The position numbers and the translations under genes were made by a program. The notes under the pieces are model-generated. The model made no database searches and was not told the origin of the DNA. It was given only the letters and a program-made list of their open reading frames with translations. From contig OX597817.1 of NCBI GenBank assembly GCA_951406725.2, forward strand, positions 41,664,001-41,728,000: 64,000 nucleotides of DNA, given 5' to 3'. Each line of letters opens with the position of its first letter. The stretch's first letter is position 1. Below are positions 47,543-61,202 of the stretch, piece by piece. The stretch comes from Octopus vulgaris. Its lineage: Eukaryota.

Positions 47543-47652
47543 CTATAATACTATTCATAATGACTTCAAGATTCAAATTTTATTCTAAGTATCTTTTACT
47601 GGAGTGTGATGTAAAAGGATACCAAAAATAAATAAAAACCTTGTTAATAGTT

Positions 47653-48004
47653 ACAAGTATGGCTGTGTGGTTAGGAAGCTCATTTGCAACCACGTGGTTT
47701 TGGGTTCAGTCCTACTGCGCAGCACCTTGGGTAAATGTTATCTAATGTAGCCCCAGGTTGACCACTGCTTTGTGAGTGCATTTGGTAGATAAAAACTGTG
47801 TGGAAGCCCACTTTGTGTGTGTGTTTGCCCCCACCTCCCACTGTTGGCCTATATCTTCATTACTGAGAGGTTCATCAAAAGAGACTAATAGAATAAGCTC
47901 CAGACTTAAAATTACAAGAGTTGATTTGTTTAACTAAAAGCCCTAAAAGCCCTTCCATGTTCCAGCATGGCCACAGTCCAATGACTTAAGCAAGTAAAAA
48001 GATA
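47653..48004 (+). mobile_element. SINE family A, diverged
   Basis: Head TGGCTGTGTGGTT..GGTTCAGTCC and tail CCAGCATGGCCACAGTCCAATGAC. Confidence 0.85.
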
Positions 48005-48203
48005 ATTAACAAAACTATAAGCTACTGTTCTGAGGTATTAGTTTAAATGTTATGGAAAAAGCTCTTTTCTTGTTTTCTTAATGAACTATTTTGATTATTA
48101 ACTGGAGCAGTGTAAAGAATTACTTTCTTACACTAATCATGCAGCACAAGTGAAAACTCTCTGACCCATTGTACTAGAAGCATATCACTGTAGCAACAAG
48201 ATA

Positions 48204-48427
48204 TTCTTTTCTACTCTAGGCACAAGGCCCGAAATTTTGGGGGAGGGGGCCAGTCAATTTGATTGACCCCAGTACACAAGTGGTACTTAGTTTATTGACC
48301 CCAAAAGGATGAAAGGCAAAGTTGACCTCAGAACGTAAGGCAAAGTTGAACTCAGAATGTAAAGACAGACAAAATACTGCTAAGCATTTTGCCCGGTGTG
48401 CTAACATTTCTGCCAGCTCACTACCTT
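48204..48427 (-). mobile_element. SINE family B with internal 24-bp duplication
   Basis: AAGGCAAAGTTGAxCTCAGAAxGT occurs twice in tandem; AGCAACAAGA flanks both ends (likely TSD). Confidence 0.88.
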
Positions 48428-49584
48428 AGCAACAAGACATTTCAGTGGAAATCATCTTTAACAGCCCTGTTCAGATATCTTACAGATTTATCAAGTTTTA
48501 TATTCTTAGAGAATGTGAGAATGGAGGTTATTGTGTGAAATAATGATGATGATGATGATGATGAGTAGGATTAAAAAAAAAAAAGGAAGAAAACTCTCAA
48601 TGAAAAATGGTTGTCCCTATAGTGAGACAGGAGAATTTCTTTCATGGGTGTCATGGTTGGATCTTTCAGATTTTTCATCAATTAACTATTCTTAGAAGAA
48701 TGGTAGATTGAGCAGAATGAAAAGTTTTTAACAGGTGATTTGAAATTCGATGATGAAAAAAATATCAATTGTTTGATGTCAGTTAGGGTAAAACTACTAC
48801 TTATAAAGTAGAGCCATTGAAGTAGGAACTGAAGTTGGAGTTTTCTTTAATATTTTTTCATCTCGAAAATTGCTTAAAATCTTGTTGCAGTCCCTTTTTT
48901 AAAAAATTTTTTCCCCACCATTTTTCTTTCTAGCATCTTATTGCAAAAACTGAAAAAAGTTCTACATAATAGAAAACTTTTCTTTTTCATCTATCTTCAT
49001 GGTCGTTTAGGTGTGTGTATAGATGGGGGTTGGTTATTGGGACTCCTGCTTTTATACATGAACACACACCCTTCCAACTGCTAACTAAACAATAGAGAAT
49101 ATAAAGCAGAACCCATTTTAGTTATTTCCTTCTTTTCAGTCAACAAAACTGGAGCCATTAGATGCTTCACTTTAGATTATCTGTCTCTCAATATTTATCT
49201 TCATATATAATAAAGATTGGCATTACTTTAATAATTGGCACAAGCAAAAAAAAACTGGTAAAGTTTTCTCATTATTCTTGCCTCCATAAAAACCACTATT
49301 TATCCTCTTAGATCTTCTAACAAGTGTTTTTGGCACATGCAGCTCAGAAACTAGTGATAAAGGATAAGAAATCAGAAATCTTTTTTTCTTTAAAGTAAGT
49401 TAGGTTTGACATAAGAACTGTTATATCAGCTCAACTCTCAGTGTTTTTATCGCCACAAACAATGATAGATTTTTGAAGAATAAAAGAAAATTTCTACAAT
49501 CAAATATTTCAAAGCATACTTGGTTGTTTACTAAATTTTAGTAAAATCTTGACAGACTGATAAAACAGGCATTGAGATTTAGGG

Positions 49585-49781
49585 ATCTTTTATCTTTTAC
49601 TCGTTTCAGTCATTAGACTATGGCCATGCTGGGGCACTGCCTTGAATAATTTTTTAGTCAAATGAATGGACCCCAGTACTTAATTTTTTTTTTTTAAACT
49701 GGTACTTTTTTTATTGGTCTCTTTTTTGTCAAACTTCTAAGTTATGGGGATGTAAACACAAAGACACACATACAGACACTG

Positions 49782-49820
<39 letters not shown>

Positions 49821-49960
49821 CATACACGACAGGATTCTTTCAGTTTCTGTCTACCAAATCCACTCACAAGCTTTAGTTGGCTTGAGGCCAAGGAGGAACA
49901 CAGCGGGACTGAACCTGGAACCATGTGGTTGGGAAGCAAACTTCTTACCACACAGTCACA
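49585..49960 (-). mobile_element. SINE family A with internal deletions
   Basis: Tail, microsatellite and head in reverse orientation. Confidence 0.87.
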
Positions 49961-50505
49961 TCATTTAGATTCTTTGCAGCAAATCTCATAAAATTTGTTT
50001 GGTAAAATAAAATTTGATTGAATACTCTGATAGTTTTCATTGAAAATTTTTGATAATCAGAGATAAGGATAATTTCTGAAACTATCAGAATTGGATTGAT
50101 GAATTAAGCTGCATGTTAATGGTACGAAGTAAATGATTTATATCTAAGACATATTTCCATTTTCCTTCACAATAAATTTATTCTTAGTTTGCTTTTTAAT
50201 GCATCCTGCACTGAATGTAATATTAACTTAAGTATTTTTTTTCATGTGCATTTCTAAACTAAAATGTTGGTTTTCCAATGCCAGCAAATATATTAGACTG
50301 TCCATTTACTTAGTGATTCTTTCATCATAATTTTCAATAAGTAAGGTAACACCCCACTGACGAGATCAGTATAAGACATAAACATGACTGATGTTGTCTG
50401 TTGTACTCATGAGGAAAATCAAAACCATATTGAACATTTTGTTATTTCTTTGTCTTTATCACTTATTTCCGAGTAGCTTTTTAATGCCCATGCCGTAAAT
50501 ATCCT

Positions 50506-50556
50506 AACACTGTGACTGATTTACGATATTGCATATTGTAAATCAGTTATAGTGTT
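50506..50556. repeat. 24-bp-stem hairpin
   Basis: AACACTGTGACTGATTTACGATAT-TGC-ATATTGTAAATCAGTTATAGTGTT; the three non-Watson-Crick positions are all G:T on the plus strand. Confidence 0.85.
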
Positions 50557-51399
50557 TCCAAAATTTTTATAATAGATATTCAAAGCAAGGATTGTCTTAT
50601 GGAAAGATTTATAATTATATCACAAAAGACATGTTTATTACAGATCGGCATTACTTTGTTATTCAGTACATGGATAGTGTTCTGCAGAATTCCTCCAAAT
50701 AAGCCTCTAACTTTCCAAATTCCATAGTAACAGCCCAAATCTTAAACCTACTTCTGAACCACTGTGCACATAACGAGATTAAACAGAAATAAAATATAAA
50801 AAAATAAATGACAACTACAATAACAAGTGTAGGAAGATTTTTGAAATGTGCACTACAGTAAATCATCTTCCCTTTCATAATATTCTAATGTAACAGAATT
50901 GAAAATGTCAAACACGCAGTGGTCTGACAGATTTTTAAATGGTGTACTACAAGTAGAGCTTTATTCCTACTAAATATAGATTTTCATTTCAGATAAAAAT
51001 ATCTTAGCATCTCAAAAGAAAAACTGCATCAATTCTAAGAATAAATAAATAAATAATAACATCAGAAATAAAATTGGATTTAATATGCTATAAACAATTT
51101 AACTTTTTGCTCCTAAAGTTTATTGAACCGATAACAAACTTTTCTAATAACAAAAGAAAACTATTGAAATTTAAAACATACACACACACACACACAGTAT
51201 AAAAATATTATATAAAATTGTATTAACCTCATTAATGAGAAATAACTTTCAATTTTAGATACTAGATTACTTATCACAGACAATAGCTTCACAGTAATAT
51301 TTAGTTTCGTACAAAGGTAAGACATATACATATGAAAATGATATTGGATATTATAAGTAGTAATTTCAAACAGAAAAGAGAAACACTTCTAATGTTCAT

Positions 51400-51900
51400 A
51401 AGTGAGAGAAAGTAATGGGATGACAACAGCCTTCAGACACGACAGAATTGGCCGACACTCAAAGATCTCGGTTTGTAATAGCATAGTTCTTTATGCTGGT
51501 GAAACATGGAAAAGTACTATGAAAAAAATCAACAGAAAGCTAGATGTGTTCTACCAAAGATGCTTGGGAAGGGTTCAGAGAACATACCGGAAAGACCACA
51601 TGAGCAATGAAGACATTCCAAAGAGTCAACACATGGTCACTTAGTGAAATCACTGTAGGACAAAGATTAAAACTAGCAGGTCACACAACTCAGCTAAGAG
51701 ATCATCATCATTTTAAAACAGTTTTCAAATAGACACTATTTGAAACAGAAAGATACGAAGATCATAAACTACATGACACAGAATATTCATGGCCAACACG
51801 AGAGAGGCTAACATCACAGGACAGGATGAAAAGAAAACTACAGCCAACAGAAGCCAGTGGTATCAACTTGCTACCCAATGTGCTTAATAGCACAAGAGGA
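51400..51900 (+). mobile_element. 3' fragment of a second RTE-type LINE family
   Basis: SKISVCNSIVLYAGETW..KLDVFYQRCLGRV..DHMSNEDI.., RLKLAGH, ANRSQWYQLATQC. Confidence 0.8.
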
Positions 51901-52906
51901 ACTAATACTGAATATGACAAATTCAATTACCCTGCTATGTCAGTGTTTCACATGGGACAGGTTATTTTGGAAAAATTGCATTTCAGGCTGTGGTACACCA
52001 AAATTAAAGGCTAAAATTTTCCACATACTCAAGGAGTAAAATTCAAATAGCCATGCTTTCTTCACCTAAACTCTCACATAATTGCTGTCAGATATAACGC
52101 TAGCATTAAATACTCTTTTTTCACTGGTAACTTAAATTTTTCAGATGACAGCTTTCAAACCAAAATTTCTAGCAGTATTTAAAGTACAAAGCCAAGTCTA
52201 GCATTTAATTGGTTTCATGGAACTGTTAACTAATGAATATTGTTTCTTTTTTCTTTTTTATGAACTTATTTCATGCATGACCTGGACCAACAATATCAGA
52301 TGTATCAAAACAATCAAGACTTTGATGAAAACACTATCTCTGTTCTCAATCAGATAACATTGCATCTATCTCAACAACATTACAGTATGAGCTGAAGAAA
52401 AAGGTTAAGAATCATGGTAGTTAATTTAATGTATCAGTTACTGAAGAGGCGGCTGTACTCATAGCCAGTGAACCATGTGGAAAAAATAAAAGGACACAGA
52501 CTGGAAACAATATCAGAGAACAACCATTCCTATGAAGCTCTACAATATGCAATTTCCTGCCACAGCCCAATGAGAAAGGTTCTACATTTTGTTCAGTAAA
52601 TCACTACAACTCTAATAAGGATAAATCTGCTATTGATTTCCATGCAAATGATTAAGGATTAAACTTCCAATCACAGCACCAATACATTCTATCAATTTTT
52701 AGCTGACATTTATGCCAAGACAGCTAAAAAGAACAAAAAACAACCTATTACAGTTGATCTGAACACCTAGATGCAGTTTCTCTCACAGTTAATTGCACAT
52801 ATGTGTGCAAGCATAGGAAGAGTACCTCTCACCTTTATTCTCCCTCAAGACTTCACCTAAAAATCATTGCACCCTCACTCTACTAAAGGGGTCACTTTAG
52901 GCAATT

Positions 52907-53240
52907 CATCATTTTAATATCCACATTTTCATGGGTCAGACGAAGGTTACTGAGGTAGACTTTATAAGGTCAGATGCCCTTCCAGTCACCAACAAGCAAG
53001 GTAACATTTCCCCATGCTTAGACATGTTTTCACAGAATATTAGAAATGAATGACATTCACTTACAACAATCAGGCAATTTCATGATAAGTGACACAAACA
53101 CACGTGCACACACATACATATGACTGGCTTCTTACAGTTTCTGTGTACCAAATCCACTCACATAGATCTGGTTAACCCACAATGAAATTGAATCCAAAAC
53201 CATGTAGTTGAGAGACAAACTTAATCACAGAGCCATACCT
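52907..53240 (-). mobile_element. Chimeric SINE (A head, RTE tail)
   Basis: Same architecture as the 10390, 14366 and 57520 copies. Confidence 0.7.
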
Positions 53241-54251
53241 TCTTCCACTGTGAGACAACTAACTGCACTAGTGCTGGTGCCATGAAGCAAAAAAGCACTC
53301 AGCACCCTCTTAAAACTGATTAGCATTAACTTAATCTTCACTTCTAACAGAGAATTTTAGTATATTCTTTATACAGGAGTATTGTAATCAAAGTTGTATT
53401 TTTTTTAAAACTAAAATAGACATGATATACACTTTCCTATCATGACACTCAGATTCAAGAAAATTATACTATTTTTCTTTTTATTGTTTTGTGTACACCT
53501 GCCTACTAACAGCTACATCCAAACTTAGAGGTTCCCCAATGCTTAATAGGATACAAAAGCAGTTTCAGAATGTAAATCCTTCAGTAGATATAACAAAATA
53601 CTTTTGAAAAAAAATATCCAAGTCATGCAGTCAAACGTAGCAGATATATTGACTGATGAATTTAGATTTTATAGGATTTAGATTAAAGAAAGTTTAAGGG
53701 TAAATATTTAAAATCAGAGAAAAACAGAGAGACTATACTGCAGTTCTAAAATTAGCTACTTAACTAATATTTAGGTCAAAACTATTACAATCATTGACTT
53801 TTTTACCATTAGGAAAGGATTAGCAGCTTAGTTATGAAACAAAAGGCAGAGGGATGGTACAATTGTTAGTGGATTGAATGAAATACCTTGTGATATTTGT
53901 TTCAGCCCTTTACATTCTGTACCAAGGTCAGCTTTGCTTTTCATATCTTTCTAGAGTTTGGATATATGGAATTATGATATTGGACAAAATGTATTGGGGT
54001 ATTTGTTCCAGCTCTTCAACATTCCCAGCTGGTCTACAATGATGCAGGTACCTAGCCCTTCTCCATTTCTCTTAAACAATACTGGTTCTATGGAGAGGGG
54101 AGACATGCTACAAGGGCAACTGCCTGCTTGTCTTCATAAAAAAAAACCTTGCTTAGCTTGCACCTTGGGGAAGAATTTTCAAATGGAAATACATGGTTAA
54201 CCTTAACCAAAAAGATACAGTTTCTGCATCTTTATTATTATCATTATTATT

Positions 54252-55398
54252 AAGGTGATAAGCTGACAAAATCATTAGCAAATCACATAAAATGCCAAAC
54301 AGCATTTCATCCATCTTCATGTTCTGAGCTCAAATTCCAAAGCTGACTTTGCCTTTCATCCTTTCAGGGTCAAGTAAATAAGTACCAGTTATGCGCTAGG
54401 GCCGATGTAATCAACTTACCCCTCCTCACAAATTTCAGGATTTGTGCCTACAGTAGAAAGGATTATTATTATTATTATTATTATTACTACTAAGGATAGA
54501 AGATTGGCAGATTAGTTGGAGTATCAAGCAAAATGAGGGATGTTATTTCTTCTGACTATGCCCTGAGTTCAAATCTCTTGAAGGTCAATTTTACCTTTTG
54601 TCCTATGGACAAAAAGTATCAGTCAAGTACTGAGGTTGATGTAATCAACTAACCCCCACCCTCAAAATTGCTGGACTTGTGCCTAAATTAGAAACATGTC
54701 AAAATATATTACTATTTCTAAGGTGGAAAGCTGGTACAACTATTGGCACATCAGAAAAATATTCAGTGGCATTCCTTCCAATTCATATGTTCAGAGTTCA
54801 AATTCTGTTAAGGTTAACTCTGCTTTTTTATCATCTTTTTGAGGGTTGATAAAATAAGCACCAGATAAACACTGGGGGAATGGAGGATGAAGAAAACTTA
54901 CCCATTTCCCTAAAATACAGCTGGCATTGTGCCAAAATTTGAAGCCATTATTATTATTATTATTATAAGGCGGTGAGCTGGCAGAATCATTAGCATGCTG
55001 GGAAAAATGCATGGCGGTATTTTGCCTGTCGTTATGTTCTGAGTTCAAATTCCACCGAGGTCGACTTTGCCTTTCATCATTTCGGTGTTGATAAATTAAG
55101 TACCAGTTGCAAACTGGGGTCCATGTAATTAACTAGCCACCCCCCACCAATTTCAGGCCTTGTGCCTATAGTAGAAATTATTATTATTATTAAGGTGGTA
55201 AGCTGGTTGAATCATTACCATGCTTATGCTTGCTTCATTTTGTCTGTCTTCACGTCCAAAGTTCAAATTCTGCTGAAGTCTACTTCGCCTTTCACCTTCT
55301 AAGGTCATTAAAATAAAAACCAGTTGAACACTGGGGTCAAAGTAATTAACTTACCCCTCCTTGATATTGCTGGCCTTGTGCAAAAATTTTGAAACCAT
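54252..55398 (+). mobile_element. Array of five head-to-tail SINE B copies
   Basis: Starts at about 54252, 54492, 54720, 54967 and 55192, mostly joined by (ATT)n. Confidence 0.9.
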
Positions 55399-55469
55399 TC
55401 TAATCATTCCTTCATTTGCTCACTCAGTATTTAATTGTTCTACCAGTATTAAATTGCTAAATATCAAGC

Positions 55470-55730
55470 TGTGTTGTTAGGTATCTTAACACCTTCCATA
55501 TGGCATTTGCTGTGCTAATAGACTTTCTGTTGAATAAGGAAATTCACCTTGATATTTAACATCTTCAACCAACCATTTAAACTTCTTACTGCCATTCCAA
55601 AGGCTCCTATTACAATTGGGATATTAACTTTACAGCAATTCCAAATTCTCTGAAGTCCATATTTCAGCTCTTGGTATTTTTCTAATTTCTCATGTTCTTT
55701 GTTTATCACTCTAGTAGCAAACAGGCAAAA
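55470..55730 (-). mobile_element. R4/Dong-like LINE, restriction-like endonuclease C-terminal remnant
   Basis: RVINKEHEKLEKYQELKYGLQRIWNCCKVNIPIVIGAFG matches the KE.EK..KY..L...L..LW....IPIVIGALG signature. Confidence 0.8.
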
Positions 55731-55779
55731 AAGAAAAAAAAAAAATCATGTATTTATCAACACACTCTTACCTCTTTAT

Positions 55780-56112
55780 TGAGTGCGAGAATAAGAGGCA
55801 CTCCATCAGTAATGACAACAAGGGTTCCATGTTAATTTGATCAACTGAACAGCTGCCTCATGAAATTAATATGCAAGTGGCTGAGAACTCCATAAACACA
55901 CACACCTTTAATGTAGTTCTCAAATTCAGCATGGAACAAAATGTAATAAGGCTGGCCTTTTAATTACAGGTATTACTCGTTTTTGCCAGCTGAGTGGACT
56001 GCAGCAATGTGAAATAAAGTATCTTGCTCAAAGATACAACACACTACCAGGAATCAAACCTATGACCTTATGACCATGAGCCAAATTCCCTAACCACTAA
56101 ACCACAAGCCCT
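55780..56112 (-). mobile_element. Older tRNA-type SINE with a conserved core (related pieces near 20740-20885 and 59850-60000)
   Basis: CAGCTGAGTGGACTG..ATAAAGTATCTTGCTCAA..GGAATCAAACC..CTAACCACTAAACCAC. Confidence 0.65.
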
Positions 56113-56118
56113 TACAGT

Positions 56119-56506
56119 ATACTCTTTACTCTTTTACTTGTTTCAGTCATTTGACTGCATGCTGGAGCACCGCCTTTAGTCGTACAAACTGACCCCCAGG
56201 ACTTATTCTTTGTAAGCCTGGTACTTTTTCTATTGGTCTCTATTGCTGAAGTGCTAAGTTATGGGGACGTAACACACCAGCAATGGTCGGGAGATAAACA
56301 CAGACACACAAACACACACACACATATATGTATGTATTCATATATAACCAGGCTTCTTTCAGTTTCCATCCACCAAATCCACACACAAGGCTTTGGTCGG
56401 CCCAAGGCTATAGAAGATACTTGCTCAAGGTACCATGCAGTAAGACTGAACCCGGAACCATGTGGTTGGTAAGCAAGCTACTTACCACACAGCCACTCCT
56501 GCGCCT
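56119..56506 (-). mobile_element. SINE family A
   Basis: Full-length reverse-complement copy. Confidence 0.92.
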
Positions 56507-56629
56507 ATGACAATATCTAGATGTGGATATTCTACGGGATCGCTCATATTCCATAGTAACTTTATACAATCATTTTCAAGAATGTGTTCTGCTTTATGGT
56601 ATATAGTATCATTACTTCAGTTTTTAATT

Positions 56630-57003
56630 TTTGTTCAGAGTTCAAATCTTTCACAGGCCCAATTTACTTTTCATCCTTTCAGGGTCAAAGTTCCAGGTAA
56701 GCACTGGGATGGACAGCATCAACTAATTCCCTCCCCTTACAACTGTTGGCTTTGTGCCAAAATCATAAACAGTTATTATTGCTATTAGTAAGGTGGCAAA
56801 CAGGCAGGACTGTTAGCATGCCAGGCAAATTGCTTAGCAAAATTTTATCTGTCATTACATTCTGAGTTCTAACTCTGCAAGGCTGACTTTGCTTTTCATT
56901 CTTTTAGGAGTCTATATAATAAGTACCAGTTAAGTACTAGGGGGTCAATGAAATCAACTAGACACCATCAAAACTGCTGGCCTTGTGCCAAAATTTGAAA
57001 CCA
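56630..57003 (+). mobile_element. Two tandem SINE B copies
   Basis: Family B motifs at about 56630 (5'-decayed) and 56790. Confidence 0.8.
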
Positions 57004-57247
57004 TTATTATTATTATTTCCCAATGGAATCAGAATAACCCAGCAGAAATATAGTTAAAACAGTAAATTTATAAATCATGTAATGTCCATTTTCCATGCAG
57101 GCATAGGCCAGTTGCTGTACCAGGCTCTGTTGTCTATTTTGGCATAGCTGGATGCCCTTCCTGATGCTAACCACTTTATAGAGTGTACTGGGAGCAATTT
57201 ATGAGGTACCAGTACAAGTGCTTTTTATATTTATACAAAAATAATTA

Positions 57248-57470
57248 TTAACCCTTTCATTACCCAACCTGGCTGAAACTGGCTCTGAGTACAAATGTCT
57301 TGATGGTATAAGTTTTAAATTAAAATCTTCCACCAAACCTTAGTCACAATTTATGTTCCTAACACTAGCTGAATGATAACTAAGTTATTTTGATAAATTC
57401 TTTGTTATATTTGAAGTAATTAAAAGAAATACAGAGCATCTCAAAATAAATACAGTAATGAAAGGGTTAA
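57248..57470. mobile_element. piggyBac-like MITE, family 2
   Basis: TTAA-CCCTTTCATTAC ... GTAATGAAAGGG-TTAA: perfect 12-bp TIR plus TTAA TSD. Confidence 0.9.
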
Positions 57471-57519
57471 ACAACATTGTTTACAATAGATGAAGGTTAT
57501 TGAGATAACATCAACTGAT

Positions 57520-57912
57520 CATCAAGATTCATCTATTTAACATTCATTCTTCCATCTTTGCATGGATCAGATGGAATTCATTGAAACAGATTGTACAGTT
57601 GGATGCCTTTCTTATTGCCAACTCTTACTGGTTTCTAAGCAAAGTAATATTTTTCTATAGTTAGAAGGGTATTCATTTCCAGACTTGTCTATGACAAAGA
57701 TGTTTATTTACAACAATCATGTGATGTCAACCTAAGAGTACATACAAATATGCACACACACACAATGGGCTTCTTTCAGTTTCTATCTACCAATTTAAAC
57801 CGCAAAGCTTTAGTCAACTTGTGGCTATAGAAGTCACTTAAGGAGCTGTGAACTGGGGTTGAACCAAAGACCACATGGTTGGGAAGCAAGCTTCTTACCC
57901 ATACAGCCACAT
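57520..57912 (-). mobile_element. Chimeric SINE (A head, RTE tail)
   Basis: GGATGCCTTTCTTATTGCCAAC body, then family-A head CTTCTTTCAGTTTC..ATGGTTGGGAAGCAAGCTTCTTACC. Confidence 0.75.
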
Positions 57913-58591
57913 TTACAGAGTATGTGTGAAATGAAATCGGGGTGGAATCTATTAATGGACATACACCAATGAAAAGTTTTTGCAAAGTTAGATTTTTTTT
58001 TTTTTAACCCTTTCTTTCTCAAGGCAAACCAATTTATTCTAGTTTTGAAGTGTTTGCATTCACTAACTGCCATCAAAGACAGTCACCAGACTTTTCTATT
58101 TACATTATTATTCAAGAATAAAAATTTAGCTGAATCCAATCAGAACATGATTCATGGTGAATATTACAATAATATTTGTCATATCGATCAAAGGATGAAA
58201 AACCATCAGACAGTTACAAATATCATAGAAATAACTTTACAAGTGATGCTACAACACTACAGAGAGTCGCTAACTCATTTCCCGGAATATACATGTACAA
58301 ACAGCTCTGGCATGTCAACTCATTTCAAAAAGAATTTTTTTTTTTTGTTGTTACTTTATTTTGAATTGTTGATCTTATCTTTATTTGATTTTGGGAAAAC
58401 ATGGTTCAATGTTTACCTTTACTCAACATTGGTATCAATTTAAGATTCATTAAAATTATTATGCTCACCACATTAAGCATGTTAGTACTTTACCAATAAA
58501 TATATGTTTGTTTGTGTGATAAACAATGACATCAGTAGATCCTATTTCTTTCGTATCAATCCAGTTTATACAAAACCATCTGTTTTAGTCT

Positions 58592-58798
58592 TTTAACATT
58601 CAGATTACTGTCAAAAATCTAATGCTTGTTTTCACACTGTTTGGAATTAACCTAGCAGCTTTGAAATTTGGTTGATGTGATTGTTATTTTTTGAATGACA
58701 TTGTTGGGTAGGTATGAGAAGCTGGATCTGGCCAGTTTTAACTCAAAATTGGTAGAATATTGACCAGATATGGCCATTTTAAATGCTAAAGTGTTAAT
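58592..58798. mobile_element. piggyBac-like MITE family 1, decayed
   Basis: Reverse match to the 23539 element; ends AAATGCTAAAGTGTTAA. Confidence 0.7.
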
Positions 58799-59246
58799 GG
58801 TTTCATATTGAAATCAAAAGCTTTTATTATAACTATGTGAAAGCATTAATGTTATGTTCACAAAACTAGTTTAATATATCAAGAGCCAGCAGGGGAGCTT
58901 CCATGTAATCACTTGGCCAATTATAAATAGCTGGCAAATCTTCCTTAGATAACACCTTACCACCTCAAAAACAAACACAAAAAAATTACACATTAGTCTT
59001 CCTAGATAAACTTAAAATTGGGGTTGCCACAGAATGCTATGGAACATAGGTTTGTCTAGCCAAGCTTGACTTTGGGTAAATCAACACCACAAAATTATTT
59101 TTAATGATGGAGCTCTAAGTAGATAAAGTTGTAACTAACAGTTTAGAATATTGGATTAAAATTCCTTGGATAAAAAAAATGTAGGAGGCTGGCCATTGGA
59201 CTTCAATGCATATCTGTAAATGGAACAGATGAGCTAACCATTAACA

Positions 59247-59493
59247 TGTGAGTGGATTTGGTAGACAGAAGCTGAAAGAAGCCCGTCGTATATGTGTGTG
59301 TGTATTCGTCCCCCCAGCATCACTTGACAACCGATGGTGGTGTGTTTACATCCCTGTAACTTAGTGGTTCGGCAAAAGAGACCGATAGAATAAGCACTAG
59401 GCTTTCAAAGAATAAGTCCTGGGGTCGATTTGCTCGACTAAAATCGGTGTTCCAGCATGGCCACAGTCAAATAACTGAAACAAGTAAAAGAGT
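59247..59493 (+). mobile_element. SINE family A, 5'-truncated
   Basis: Starts at TGTGAGTGGATTTGGTAGAC with an intact tail. Confidence 0.9.
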
Positions 59494-61202
59494 ATGTGAA
59501 AGATATTTTACTAAATTCTTCATTTTCAAAATTAAATACTATGTATACTGTGTTCACCAAGTGGAAGTTCTTACGTACTTTACACTTCTTCCATTAACCT
59601 ACTTTTATTATAACTGAAAATTTAAAGTTTATTATATGTAAGTGTGTGTGTGTAACAGCTATTATAAATGGTACTTGAGAATTTTAATAGTCATAGGTAG
59701 GTTTATTTTTTGTGGTAGGCAGTGGTGGTTTTTTTACAGCCTCGGTTTTAATTACCATTATCTTCAACACCTAGCTATTATGGTCTTAAGTCTCAGGACT
59801 CAGTCAGTTATCTGACATACAAGAGACCAAAGTCACAACATTTCTTCTAAACAGGGCACCAGTCCATCGCAGGGTTACTCATCTACAGCCAAGTGGACTG
59901 GCACAACATGATATAAAGTGTTTAGCTCAAGAACCACACCACTAGGTCTGGAAAATGAAACCATGATCTTAGGTCATGTGCCTTACTTAGTAGACCATAG
60001 TACGAAGGAAATATACCAAACAAGAGGAACCCAATGACCCAGCACAAGTAAGATGTGCCCCATTTCAGTTATGCTGAAGAGTAGTCTTGTTATGAATTGA
60101 GAATGGTAAGTAGGTTTCTGCCAATTACCTTCCTAGTATGTTTTAGCAGGCCTGGAAGTTTGTGATTGTAGCAGAGGTGGGTCATGTGAACCTGATCAGG
60201 GTATAATTATATTTCTCGATTTGTTACAAAATATGAAAAAGTTGGCAACTAAGCACAGTGCTTAGGCCTAGAAAGGAAATTACTGCTGCTTTATTCACAA
60301 TTTTTAACAATACATAAAAACAAAAAGATTTTTTCCCATCAAATAGAATCACCAGATCAATTTATCAATTCATATTATTCCACCTCCAGTTTAATCTATT
60401 TTTTTTAGTATATTTTTATTTTTTTTTAATATATTTTTATTTATTTTTTTCCTCTTTATCCTTCATAAATTTACAATAGTTTTTCATTCTCTCACAAGAA
60501 TTCATTTTCTATAGAATGTCAATACTGAATATTTTCTGGTTTAGTATTGATACATAAAAATAAGGAAGCTGCTTTTAGCTGATTGCAAAAACTTGTCTAT
60601 GTATAGACATTTTTATTATAGTAAAAATGTTACGCATTTAAAATCTATTTAGTGAAAATGGATATGTTTCATGGATCTGAAGCAAGAGTTTGGAAATCAA
60701 TGAAATGCACTTTTCAGGACACTTTACAGTTAACACCTCTAGGATAGAATTGCAACTCAAAAGATTGAAGCCCAGACTAATACTTGCAATGAGTTCCAGA
60801 TTATCTACTTTGGTTTTCAACAATTTTGCCATTATCATACACAAATGTTTCAACAGTAGAAAATTTTGCTATTTCTTAAAATTTCCAGTCCACACCCCGA
60901 AAGATTAAAATTCGCCTTCCCTTGTGGCCAAATGTCAACAGAAGCCCAGCCACAGAACCCTGCTCTGATGAGTCACCTAAACCTTATAATCCACTTTACA
61001 GAAACGGATTAAGATAAAATTTAGTATCACACTGCAAGCATTATAAATATTAATGTCATGCTGAACAAACAGAGAAAACAGTGAATTTAAAGCTGACTGT
61101 ATGTAGGACTAACTACAGTCTGCATTACATAGAATTCATTCTTGCTTTTGCCATCATAAACTTTAAAATTTATTCAGGATTTTGGTGGTAGTCTTTTTTA
61201 TC

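Noticed and set aside
52440-52485. CTGAAGA followed by a GGCT/AGCC stem as a hammerhead
   Set aside because: No GAAA core and no stem I or III. The same applies to CTGATGA/CTGACGA hits near 45094, 50357 and 60965.
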